Assembly (NCBI RefSeq): GCF_035594765.1
Contig: NC_085842.1
Location: forward strand, 146,705,036 to 146,769,035
DNA: 64,000 nucleotides
Direction of reading: 5' to 3'
Origin: Anolis carolinensis
Taxonomy: Eukaryota
Shown here: one piece after another, positions 1 to 11,973 of the stretch
Layout: the number at the start of each line of letters is the position of its first letter
Position numbering within the stretch: the stretch's first letter is position 1
Notes under the pieces: generated by a model
What the model was told of the DNA's origin: nothing
The model's database searches: none
The model's input: the letters and a program-made list of their open reading frames with translations, nothing else
Translations under genes and position numbers: made by a program

Positions 1-124
1 AGGAAAGGGCTAGAGAGATCAACATCCATCAATGCTTAGCTTAAGGTGACCAGGGCATTGGCCCAGTCTGCTACTGAACAACAACATAAAACACATTCTC
101 TTGAAACTAATTAGAGAGACTTAC

Positions 125-3100
125 CTGCTGATACATAGGCTGTTGTCCTGACATGTAAGGCTGCTGGGGTGGCAAGCTACTCAAACCTGGCTCTTGGCCA
201 GGGAGGGTTGACATGAGGTTCTAGCAAGGAGAAAAGAGAGTGTGTGTGTATCAGAAACCCCAGTGATCCAAGAAGCCACAGCCTGGACAACAGGCACCTT
301 GTGGTTTTGTGCCATGAAGTCATTTCTGACTTATGGCTACCCTTAGGCAAACATATCTTGGGTATTCTTAGTAGGATTTATTCAGGGAGGGTGTACCATT
401 GCCCTCTTCTTAGGCTGAAGTAAGACCTGCCCAAGTCATCCAGTGGGTTTTCACAGCAAAGTAGAGATTTGAAGCTTGGCCTCCCAGTGTGCTAGTCTAA
501 CACTTAAACCGCTATAAGACACTGGCTCTCTGGCACCTATGCACAGAAATTGGGTGTTCTCCACCAGTCCTTTTTGTGAGCTAACCATCTTCACACATCC
601 ATGCAAAAGTGATTCCTTACCTGCATGTTGTAGGGTTGGTAGCCCATTGAAACTGACTGATTGCCCATGTAGCCCATTGTGCCACCAGATGGTGGAGGAG
701 CCTGTGTCATGGCAGGGATGGTCTGGGGTTGGGAAGAGGCCGCTGCATTCTGCAAGGCAAAGAGGGCAGGGATGGGCAAAGGCATGGAAGAGCATGTAGC
801 ATAAAATGATTCTGATCTTCTGCATTTCAATAGTAAGGAGTTATACAAGGCCAAAATGTATTGTACGTATACCACTGGCTCTCTTCCAGAGAATTCAAGG
901 CAATATACATAGGTTTTTACATTTCATTCTCACAGCACTGTGAAGAAGGTTAGATTATGAGACTCGCCCAAGGGAGCTTTATGGCTTGACAGGAATAAGC
1001 TGGGTTTTGCAGCCCAACACTAACTACAGTCAGCTCTCCATATTAACTGGGTAAAGGGGCACAGTCCCCCACGCCCCAAGTGGAAAAATGTAAATAAAAA
1101 ACAGCCACATTTTTGCATGAGAGAACACCTTTCTAGCAATCTCTAGTTCCTCCAGCATGACTCTGGACATCTTCCACTGAGAGCTGACCAGAGAATCACA
1201 CTGAATTATCTAGAGATTACTAGAGAGAAGATTTTAGTCAAATCCTTGAATAATCAAAGCTTCAAAAGTCAAATAAGCAAATGCAGAGTTCCATCGGTAT
1301 TTCACTAGGGCACTCCCTCCTCTTCCAAACAGTCTTAACCACGCTGGGTATGGGAAGGGACTTGTGGGTCTGAACTTACCTGATAGCCCTGGGTAGGAGT
1401 AGGCTGGTAAGAGGAATAGGCGGGGTTTGTAGTGGGCACTGGCTGCCCTTGTGGAGCTGTCTGTGCACTGTTAGTTCCAGTTGAGTACATATAGGTGCCC
1501 ACCATGTTGGGATCTGAAACATAGGTCAAGAATGAGTAAAAGACATCCTTCTAGGATCTGCTCAGTAGTCTAGGTGTTAGATCAACATTCAGTTTGAGAG
1601 GCTTAGGCTAAATACCTTCACCTCTTCTTACTTTCTCCTCTACTGTTCTTACCTGTTCCTGCCACGGACATTGCAGTGTAGGGCCCAGCACTACCCTGGG
1701 CGGGTTGGCTCATGTACACTGTATGCATGGGTGAGCCCTCTACTGAGCTTGCTGGGCTGAAGGTGGCTGGGAAGCTTGTGGGGCCTGACGGCTGGTAGAT
1801 CACCCCGCCAGCTGGAGGCATGGCCTGCAGCTAAAAAAAATAAGAAGTGAGGCCAGGGAGGGTGAGTTACTTCAGGTTCTACCCTTGCCTAGTTCATAGG
1901 GGGAAGAAACAGGACAGAAATGTCTGGTCTCCCCATTCTTCCTACCTGGGCATAAGGCAGGGAGAAAGCAGGCATCTGCGCCCGCATCTGGATTGTTTGC
2001 TTCTGTTGCTCCAAGCGCATCTGGCGCTCCTTTTCCTGCTCCTGAAGGCGCTGGATAGCCAACTGCCGCTGCATCTCCAGGTATTCCTACAAGTGAGCAA
2101 CATGCACATTGGAGATTTAGTCCTTGGGCCACTGTGCTTCATGTTGTGCTGGGTTCTGCTACTTGCCAGTCATTTTTCAAGAAATAGCAAACATATCCTT
2201 AGGTTATGCAGTCACACTTTGCACATGCCAGTGGAAGGCTCACCTGTTTCTTCTGCCTCATAATCTCCAGCTTCTGGGCCAGTTGGATCTGTCGCTGTCG
2301 CTCTGCCTCCTCAGCAGCACGGCGCAGCTTCTCTCTGTGTTCCTCTCGCAGAGCATTCAAGGCTCCCCGGGCATCCCGGATCTGGGCAAGTTTATCTTGA
2401 AGTCCCTCATAATACACTGGGGGTTGATGGGAGAAAGGCAGTGTCAAGACTCTCACCAATGACCACTTTTAGACATACTTCCCCGAGACTGAGCAGCTCC
2501 CACCTGGACTAAAGCAGGGGTTGAATTCTCAATGAGAGCCAAAGGCCAGTAGATGTTGGGGTAGGAAAAGGGGATGAGATGGGGTTTGTACCAGAAGGAC
2601 ATAAGGTTGCCAGATAGCAGGCAATGATTTAAAGGGGAGCACAATACTGCTACATATCCATACACACACACCCCTCCCCGGTCTCCAACCCCACAGGGAC
2701 TGGGATTCTGAGAACATACAACGGCGTTCATCCAGCTGATTCAGCAACTCCAGAAGCTGGGGATGCATGCTGTTGATGGATTGGAAGAGTGAGAGCACAG
2801 CTGAGTCATTAGTAATGCTCCGTCCCCGGAGGTGATTGCTCTTCATGCGGTTGACAAAGGTGGTGACAGCATTCTGCAAAGCCTTCAAGAACTGCTCGTG
2901 GCTCTCATCCGTCTCTCCATTTTGGTACTGCTGCTGAGGAGGAATTGAAACCAGGAAGTTGAAAGAACAATTCCCAATCCAGTTTACAATTTTAAGAGTA
3001 CTTTTTAATCCAGGATTACCACTCTCATCTCCCCTACATTAGAAGCTCCTTTATAACATCCCTTTCCCTAAAAAGACAACACCCAGAACAAATGTGACAC

Positions 3101-6100
3101 ACCCTAAACGTCAATTCCTTTTGACCTGGCTGCTTCCACTGAAGAAAGAAACAGCAGTTGCCCCCATTTAGCCCACGAGACCTGTGGAAACACAGGAGAG
3201 AAAGTTCTTACCTCCACTATGCTGAGTGGGGCAGGCTGGACCTCAGTGGATTGGGCTGCTGGCTCCCCCATAGACAGTGGGGCCGAAGGTGTTGGGCTCT
3301 TGCGCACTTCCTCTTGCTTCTTTTCCCAGTAGTTACGGTTCAAGTACCGAGCCAACTGTCAGAAGATAGTGAGAAAATGAAAGCCAACTCAGATGTTTGT
3401 AGTCAAGCACTCACAAAGACCTGCAGCCATCTGGTCTAATGAGATTGAAGAAGTGGGGTGTTCTTACCTCAGGGTCAATATCCTCAGCTAGAGGTGCAGA
3501 GGAATTCTGAAATGAAATAGACACCAGATTCACTTTACTTTGTCGAAGAGCATTCATGAGGACTATCCTCAACTCACCCAGAACCCATCAGGGGCTAATC
3601 TTAAAAGCTTGAGGGCATTAGTACTGAGAGGTAAAAGGGGAGTTGCTTAAGCAAGGGACACAAGTTGAAAGACCCACATGAATCCCATGGGTTCAAACAG
3701 CTTGGGTAAAAACTACATAATTTTAATCAGTGATGTGAACCTAAGCATCAACAAGAAACTCTGGTCTTACAGGCTCCTGGATCTGAGTGCCAGGTACCAG
3801 GTGCTTCCTGAGCTGAACACTTACCACAGGTGATGAATAGAGAGTGCTGACTGGAGGGGCTGAAGACGTAATTGGTGTTGGTTCCGCCTTGGGGTATGTG
3901 GAAAATGTGCTTTTTTGCCTCTGCAGTGGGAAAAAATGATAAAGGATGTAATCTCCCAACTTGTAACAGACCTTTGTCAACGTGAAAGAGGAAATGGAGT
4001 ATCTATTTTGCCCATTTAACAGTTGCCATGTTCAGCCAAATCTTTACAATATTGGCATGTGTGTGATGAGCGCCTTAGTAGGGCATTTACTACTCTCACA
4101 CAGAAATAATATCTGAAAAGTAGTAAGGTCTCAGGTATTGGAGGTAAATTTGATTTGCATGGTATCTGGAATTGATTTCTGGCTCAGTTGATCCATAGCT
4201 TTATCCAACAGTGGAGGTCTTTTCTGCCTTAGAAGCAGGAGAGATTGAACCTCAGCATGAGCTGTTTCACAGCAGGAGACCAGTGCTGTCACAGAGATAG
4301 AGCCTTTATTTACTCCAAACATGGAGCTATCAAAACTCTTTGGCTAACACAAGGCAGCCAGCCATAGGGGGCCTACATGGCATTCATGTAATAGAAATCC
4401 CCCACCATAACCAAGACACAAACCATCCTTTCCTTCTCCTCAGCCTCTGACTGTGACAATGCAATTGCCAGCTGCAGCTCCTCTTCCTCCTGCAGAGCAG
4501 TTTCATCACGCTTTGGAGGCAGCTGCAGAAACAGTAAAGGGTAGCTGTGTAAGCAAGGTGAGCAAGGGACCCATCTCTACCCCTCCCATGTAAGCACTCA
4601 CCTGAGACTGCTGAGAGAGGGGACTGGTCAGGTACTCAGGAGGAAGCTCTGTGCTACCAGTCCCTTTGCCTTCTGCTTTCCTGTGTGGACATTAAGGCCA
4701 AGGTCATGATCACTACTGATGGCTACCTTGCTAATAAGGTGAAGAGCCAACGGGGTGGGGGGGGGGGGGAGGGGCTCAACAACTGCTGCTAAACTGTGGC
4801 ACAATGATTTATAATAAGCCAATTAAGCTCTTGGCTCAGGAAGCTGCACTTCACAGAACAGACAAACAGGAAAGTCAATTGAGTTATTATAGGAATGACT
4901 CACACCTGCAGAAAAGGCTGCCAACACCCATCTGTTCCCAAGTTTTAGTACCATAACCCACACGCTTCAATACTTACTTGTTGAGGTGCTCATAACAAGG
5001 CTCGCACACTCGCACCTCCTTCTCTATGCCAAACTTAGGGATGGTGGAATACTTAGAAGAGCACTTCCCACAGAAAATCTGCCCACATGCCCTACAGTGA
5101 TGCTGTGGAAACAGTGGATAGGTTAAAGGTAGCAGCCAGTCACTTCAAAAAGACATCCACAAAGTGGAGAGAGCTTAAAATATTGTCCTTGCATCCATTT
5201 GCTCTCCCCTGGATGGCTCTGTGTTACCAAAATGGGAGAGCTAAGGCCTGGCCAAGGGAGCCACAGCACTCACCTTGCGAGTCACCACCCCAAACTGGAC
5301 CCGGCACCGGTGACACTCTTCCGCATCCACCCAGTCAGGAGCCTGCCACATAGAAGCAGAATAATTCTTAAGTAACAAAAATGGTGTTAAGTTTTGAGAT
5401 GATCCAAAGGGTGTAAAGAGCATTCCCAAAAACAACAGTATGTTTTAATGATCAGGCAGGAAAAATGCAGACACAAGCATTAGTGAGCACAACTGGAACA
5501 ATGTGGATGTTACAGAAAATTTATCTCAGGGCTCAGAAATTATGGCACAGAAAGAAGCTCAGCTCAAATTCTCAGCACTGGGAGCAGTATCAAGTTCTAA
5601 ATATCATAGAAAAAAAACAAAATAATGTCCTTGTTCATGGTATGGCCCTTTCCCAACTGGAAGACTCACCCTTTCTGCTGCAAACATGGCATCACTCTCT
5701 TTGAATTCTGGAAAAACATGACCTGCAGATAAAATTAATGCTGTTATTTCAGTTGACTCCAGCTGCTTGTGCCCATGTCCTTAAGATGGGAACTGTATGT
5801 CAGGCCTGTCAGATTGTGTAAGTTCTGTCCTGAGTGCTGCTTCTAGTTTAGAATGCATCAAAGCCATTACCTTAATCAAGAATGATCTCCTTTCTAGCTA
5901 AACAACAGCACACCAGCTCACTGCATAGAAGATGAGTCTATAATGTTTGACTCAGCCCAGCAGACCTTCCAAAAGTCAGTCCATGTGATTTCTTGGGCCA
6001 TAATATAGCATGCATTCAGGAGATCTAGGTTTACATTTTCAGTCCTTGGAACAACATAGGTTACCAAAAATGAAGAAAAAACCTAAAGTAGATGAATGTT

Positions 6101-9100
6101 TTTGGAGGGAAGGCTTTCTATGTCAAATGATGCAGGAAACTCCTGCAACCTACTTAAAACATAACCTGTTGCTTTTGGATAACTTTGGAAAAGGCATTTC
6201 ATCCTTGGAAAAAGGGGGGAAAGACTAGGTCCAAGATGGCCACAAAATAACTTGGGCTAGTGCAAATTGAAGAGCCTCATATTGTACACCTCTGCATTTG
6301 AGCTTATTCCTATAATGCTGAGTAAAAGTCTGTCACCACTTTCTTTAAAACAAAAAGTGGGGAATATGTGTCCCTCCAGATACTGTGGAGACAGCATTTC
6401 CCATTAGTTCTATCCAGCCCAGCCAAATAAGAACCGCAATTAGACACAGCTTCTCCATATCTGACATAAAGCAAAATGCATCAAAACAAACTCTCCACAT
6501 ATACCCCACTGTTCCAACATGCTTAAAACCATGCTCCTCAATACAGCTTGTCAAGAGACTTGTTTCTATTTTAAAACTAAGAAGCTAAGGCCAGGAAATC
6601 GGACTTCGCAATTTCTTCTGGAAAATGTAGCTATTAGAACTGCTATCAGCACTTGGTGCCAAAAACTTCATGCAGAGGGTCTCTAGGAGACAGAAGCCTC
6701 CTTGGTTCTTCTCCCAAGCCACCCATCCACCCATTTCATATCTTAACCTAAATTCAATCTGTTATCTTTACCTTCTACTTTCATGATCTGATATGTATCC
6801 TGGACGACCTTGTATTTAGGCTCATTGCGGAAAGCATGGGCCCATGCTTGGATTAGGTACAGGATCTTGTTGCGAACATTGGCTTCAACCTGTCTCTGTA
6901 GAGATAGGAACAATCAAGATAAGGCAGTACTCACATTGAAGTAGAATCTCAATTCTCACAGGGAGAGCATCAGGATATCTATTTTAGGATATGAAACTCA
7001 GAGCAATGCCTCATCCCATCTAGCTCTAGAAATCTAACCTCAGATTGTCTCTTTTTCTTCTTAACTCAGTACCTGCATACCAACACCTCTACTAGGGGTT
7101 TCTTCACAAATTTACTCCAGCTGCAAAGGTAAATGTAGGTTTAATGAATTAATATTTTGGAGCCAGAATGCTAACCGAATACTTACGATGCCCCAACACC
7201 CTAGCTAATGCAACCAAGTTAAAAGGAAGTAGCCAAATTTACTCCAGCTGCAAAGGTAAGTGTAGGTTTAATGAATTAATATTTTGGAGCCAGAATGCTA
7301 ACCTAATACTTACGATGCCGCAACATCCTAACTAATGCAAGCAAGTTAGAAGGAAGTAGCCAAAGGTGTACAAGTCAGACTGCTGGCTTCTTAACATATA
7401 AATGTACTGTCTTTCATTGTTGCTGCCATCCCCTCCCCTATAGCACAGTTACAAGTTTAGGCCTTTGCTGGCAGGGTCTAAATGGACAGAAAACATCTTT
7501 CTTATAAATAGCACAAGAGCAAAGTGAAAAACAAGTCTAAACAAAACTGACACCAAAAAAGACCCTGTGGTTGTACGCATGTATGTATAGAGCTACACCA
7601 AATTAGTCCACTAATCCTTCTAGTTCTGTATGGTGTCTAAGGACTGGCAACAAATCTCTAGGGTGCCACAGGCCTTTGCTGATGTACCTGGGAAGGTGTA
7701 GAATGTGGTATGCAACCTGGGAGTTCCTTGGCCCAGTGGTAGGGAAGCAAGCAAAATATGTGCTCTACCACTAAGCCACAGGAATATTTCTAAACTTCAG
7801 TGAGAATAAATTCAAGATACTCATTCTTTCAAGTGTTATGTCCGTGATATTCTACATCAGCTAGAACAAATGGCTTTTGTCGTTCTCTTATTTTTTTGAA
7901 GGCAGTGAAAACTTTCTGCTTATTTGGCAGTGGTCAATAAAGATCCACATTCACTAGAAGATGTGACTGCAATCTTTTGTACACATTCTTAGGCATAAGC
8001 CTTATTGAAGTCAACTGGGCCTGCCACTCAAAAGATATGTATAGAATTGTATTCTACAATTCTGAATTTTCTCAATAAATCTCAGGCAAGTCGAAGCATA
8101 TCAAAGCTGCTTCACTTCTGTTTTAGCACACTTTGGTACTCTCTAGACATATTGTCCAAATTACCTTCAGCAACTCCTTCAGTTCTTCCATAGTTTGTTT
8201 GTTAGCCACTTCATCATGGACTGTTTGTCCACAGTTCTTTACCACAGACTCCAATACCTAAAAAAGAAATACACAAAAGTAAGTACAGTCCACTTCTAAA
8301 TCTCAACAACCTTCGATGTTAACAAAAGGTTTGATCCTTCTCTGAAAAAAATATGCTGGTGGCACATCTTAGAGATACAAGGGAAGACAACCTTTCTTTT
8401 ATGACCAGAAAGACAACAAGTTGCAGAATTTCTGTTTACTTCATCTTACCTCCAGTGCATAAAGGGCCACATGTGGATTTTTGTCATTCACTTTCTTCTT
8501 TATTGCACCCACAGCATATTTAGCTCTGGACAAAAAGGAAAAGAGAATGACAACTGAAAGACTACAATTCAGTGAACAAAGCCATTGCTAATATGTAAGA
8601 TGACAAAGACAATGATTGAACTAGTCTAAATAAATGGCTAATTAACAAATCAAATTTATTTACCTCAAGATAGGCATACTCTGCATATCTATGAATTTTC
8701 TATGAGAATTTTACCACTAAAAACAGGCTTGACTAAGCAGTTTCATTCTCAGTAGTTGTACTGAGAAAGCTCTTTGAAACATCTCTAGTCCCTTCTTAGC
8801 TTCCTAATTTTTCTAAAAATCAATTATTTGCCAATCACAGAATCAGAACATGTAGAATTGAGGTGAGACATGCAAATACCAAGTTTGTCTCTTGTGTTAA
8901 GCTGAAATTTCTTGTTAACATTAGATCAGTAATTTTTTAGGATCAAAACCCGTGGACTTTTTTCCTCTCTACTCCATCAGCAGAGGATATAATTCTAGAA
9001 TGTCTGCCATCAACAGATGATGAATTTGATTGGCCTGACAATCCTGTTCTTTGAACAGTGAACATTTTTAGCTTCTTCAGAGATGTACTGTTCAGATTGC

Positions 9101-11680
9101 ACTGATTCCTGGAGCAGGTTTAGGATATTAATTGCTCATTTGAATGGCCTGAAGATATTTCTGGATGAGCAAGTTCCAGAGAGCATTACAACAGTACGGA
9201 TAATGTTGCATCTAAATGCAAAAGATCCAGATCCAAGTCTCTGTCCAATGAATAATGGCGGGCAAACCATATATTCCTATCTAATCACAAAGGAGATATA
9301 CCAGAGGAAAAATAATGTACGAAGGGAATGAACAACACAAAAATTGATATAGATAACAGGACTTACTGAGTATCACCCTGACGAATCATATCACAAATCT
9401 GTAAGATGGACTCCCAGTCTGTCTCCAATAGAAGCTGACTGGTAGCTTTATCTGCAAAACATTGAAGCAACGATTCATCTCCCAAGTTAAATGTTATATT
9501 TTGTCTTTGCTGTGGAAAAGCATGGGGATGTATTATCCTTTCTTGACATTTCCTAGGCAAAGATTATTAAGATTTTACAAAGATTTTACAAAGATAACGT
9601 CAGTACATTTTTTATGTGAGTTACTTTTTTACTGTTATTAACTACACACAAATGCTGAAAAAAACCTTTCTATCCTCCAGTAAAAGGCACTGAGATATAC
9701 AGATGTTGTATGTTGGCAAATGAGCCTGCATATGTGATGTCTGCTCCTTTGGTTCTACCATTCCTGTTTTCCAATCTGTCTACTCTTAATGACTGGAACT
9801 CTTTCTCTCCAGAAATCACATTCTCTTCTTTCATATCCCCCAGTCAAAAAAACTTGGTCTGTATTGTAAAGCATTTAGTGTAAGCTTTTTCATCCTACAT
9901 CTAAAACAAAGTCTTCTTTTGTATGTGTTTTCTTTGTATAACTTCAACCCTTTCTGCAGCTTTTCTTTCATCATGGTTAATACTATAAGGTTCTTTGAAC
10001 AAAACATGCTCACGTTACAATGATGTGCCATGTTCACAGAGCTCTATATGAAAACAATATTAATACTTTATTTGTAATCCGCCCTATCTGCCCCGAGGGG
10101 ACTCAGAAAGGTTTCCAACAAAACAGGCAAACATTCCATGCCATAAACAGACAAACAACAATGAACTCAAAAACAATAAATAAAAACAATCACAATATAT
10201 AACTTTTAATAACTAATGCAAAAAGTAACCAAAATTATTAAAAATTAATGACTTAAATAAACGAAGTGTAACACATCACAAACATTTACCACATAATAGA
10301 ACTAACAGCTAAAAGGCATTAAAATATGGGGTGAATTACAGCAACCAACAGGACTGAGGTAAGTTTCAAGTATGTAGATGAGGATATATATAAAGATGTA
10401 CTAGTTCTCCTCCTCTCCATGAGCCCAAATGCATAAGTGGGTTTTTAGAAGCTTCTTAAAGGAGAGAAGGGGGCAATTTTTAGTTCTTTAGGAAAGGAGT
10501 TCCAGAGGCAGGAGGTGATCACGGAGAAGACCCCGTCTCTCGTCCCCACCAACCGTGCATGAAATGGGATTGGGACTGAGGGTAGGGCCTCCTCTGCTGA
10601 TTGCAGTGCCCATGCTGGTTTGTATACATAGATGTGGTTTTGCAAATAGTCTGGGCCCAAACTGTTTTTCTACCAAAAAGGGTAGAAAAGGCTCATAATG
10701 CAGACACATTGTCCTGCGTGAGCACCACTCCATATGATTAGCTGATCATTTGTTGACATTAAAGACCAGCTGACTAACCTCAAATATTTTCCTCTTGTAA
10801 CATTTGACCTATAAATGCATCCTTGACTCAGTGTGATGTCAGCATTTGGCCTGACACTTCCTGGACTTGCAGAGCCTGATTTAAGCATAGCAATGAGGTC
10901 ATCAACACTATAAAACATGCTGGCAGATACAATTGCCTTGCCCTAGAATTTAAATCGGGCCAGTTTACTCAGTAAACCAAAACCTCAGTTCTGACTTGGT
11001 AAAATATCCTTCATCTTCCAGCCAAAATAGCCAAAAACCTCTTTCTCAAATGCCTAATCTAAGATCAAGGAAAACTGCCATTCCGGATCAATACAACTGA
11101 GGCACAATAGAGGATCAAAGGCGTCAGACAGCCCAGCCGGCCATTTTGCTTCACCCTTGGCAAGTGGGGGAGAGGAATAAAAGGGGGCTTTGTGGCATCC
11201 ATATAAACTTTGGCCCTCCCCCAATCCGCGAAGTCAATGTCCACAGATTCTGGGACCCGAGGCCCAAAAAACATGGAAAACCAAATGTTGAAAAGAACGG
11301 ATATAATGGATAGACAACAGGAGGAAAACAATCGCGGCCCAAAACTTCGTTTCGGCCCCATCGATACTGCTACATAATGCAGTTCTAAACTGCATTATAT
11401 GGCAGTGTAAACTGGGCCTTCGTTTTTGACACTGTAAGCTTTCTAATCACAGCGGCTTTTAGGAAGGAGCCGTTCTCCCTCAGAGGAGTGACAAGACTGG
11501 CCTTCTGACTCAGCTCGGCCCGCATAAGCCTCGGGCAGGCAGGGAAGGGGGGGAGGGAAGGAGGATTTGAGCTTCCCCGCTCCCGGGCTGCAGCTGAGCC
11601 TCCGGCAGCCGCTACCCTCAGCCTGCTCCCCGCCTCCAGGTACCGAGGAGCCGCTCGAAGGTGCCTCCGCCTCGCCCCAT
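125..11680 (-). CDS. HGS: Hepatocyte growth factor-regulated tyrosine kinase substrate (HRS, ESCRT-0). 20 coding exons in window; final exon lies beyond the left edge
   Basis: Exons in transcript order: 11644-11680, 9367-9451, 8450-8525, 8165-8257, 6772-6895, 5670-5722, 5274-5342, 4978-5102, 4602-4680, 4424-4522, 3825-3920, 3468-3506, 3212-3355, 2720-2933, 2244-2416, 1946-2086, 1653-1830, 1380-1513, 621-749, 125-220. All are GT-AG with compatible phases. Translation gives MGRGGGTFERLLDKATSQLLLETDWESILQICD (VHS), WVDAEECHRCRVQFGVVTRKHHCRACGQIFCGKCS (FYVE), EEEELQLAIALSQSEAEE (UIM), PTPSAP (TSG101-binding), YYEGLQDKLAQIRDARGAL (coiled coil) and a Pro/Gln-rich tail. Confidence 0.97.
7107..7364. 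repeat. Local tandem duplication, 2 x 127 bp, in HGS intron 4
   Basis: CAAATTTACTCCAGCTGCAAAGG...AGGAAGTAGC begins at 7107 and again at 7234, with a few substitutions and CAAA microhomology at the junctions. Confidence 0.9.
10065..10670 (-). mobile_element. L2-clade LINE 3' end, decayed
   Basis: ORF 10445-10660 resembles the L2 ORF2 C-terminus (GPDYL...ALQSAEEAL...RDGVFSV...LWNSFPKELK). The tail resembles the L2 3' end at 54240-54300. Confidence 0.65.
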
Positions 11681-11973
11681 GTCGCCACTCGCTCGCTCAA
11701 TCACCCCAAGACCAGAGAAGCCCGTCCGCTGACTCTGCGCCGCCAGGGAAGCTGTTTCCGCCACCTAGGCCCCGCTTCCGGATTCCGCACAGCGCCGAGG
11801 CGGGCTTTCCGGCGGCAGGCGCAGACGATTGGCAAGCGTGGAATCGGAATGACAGCTTCTTCCGCTGCCGCGCCTTAACCAATGATGGAAGCCTGAGGAG
11901 ATCGCGTTGGCGGCAGTGCCCGGAAGAAGGGTTGGCCTCGGTTGCTATGGCAACGGCTGCCCGCGAAGGCGCC
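11681..11973. promoter_or_regulatory. CpG-island bidirectional promoter shared by HGS and ARL16
   Basis: Only 293 bp separate the divergent ATGs (11680 and 11974), within a GC/CpG-rich tract at about 11440-12150. ETS/GABP cores: CTTCCGG 11775-11781, TTCCGG 11807-11812, CCGGAAG 11920-11926. Opposed CCAAT boxes: ATTGG 11828-11832 and CCAAT 11879-11883. Confidence 0.85.
11941..11954. promoter_or_regulatory. RFX X-box motif GTTGCTATGGCAAC
   Basis: Near-perfect 14-bp palindrome matching the X-box consensus GTTGCCATGGCAAC with one mismatch, 20 bp upstream of the ARL16 ATG. Confidence 0.7.

Noticed and set aside
1847-2462. Plus-strand ORFs overlapping HGS exons as antisense genes
   Set aside because: They are shadow frames of GC-rich coding exons with no independent splice or homology support.
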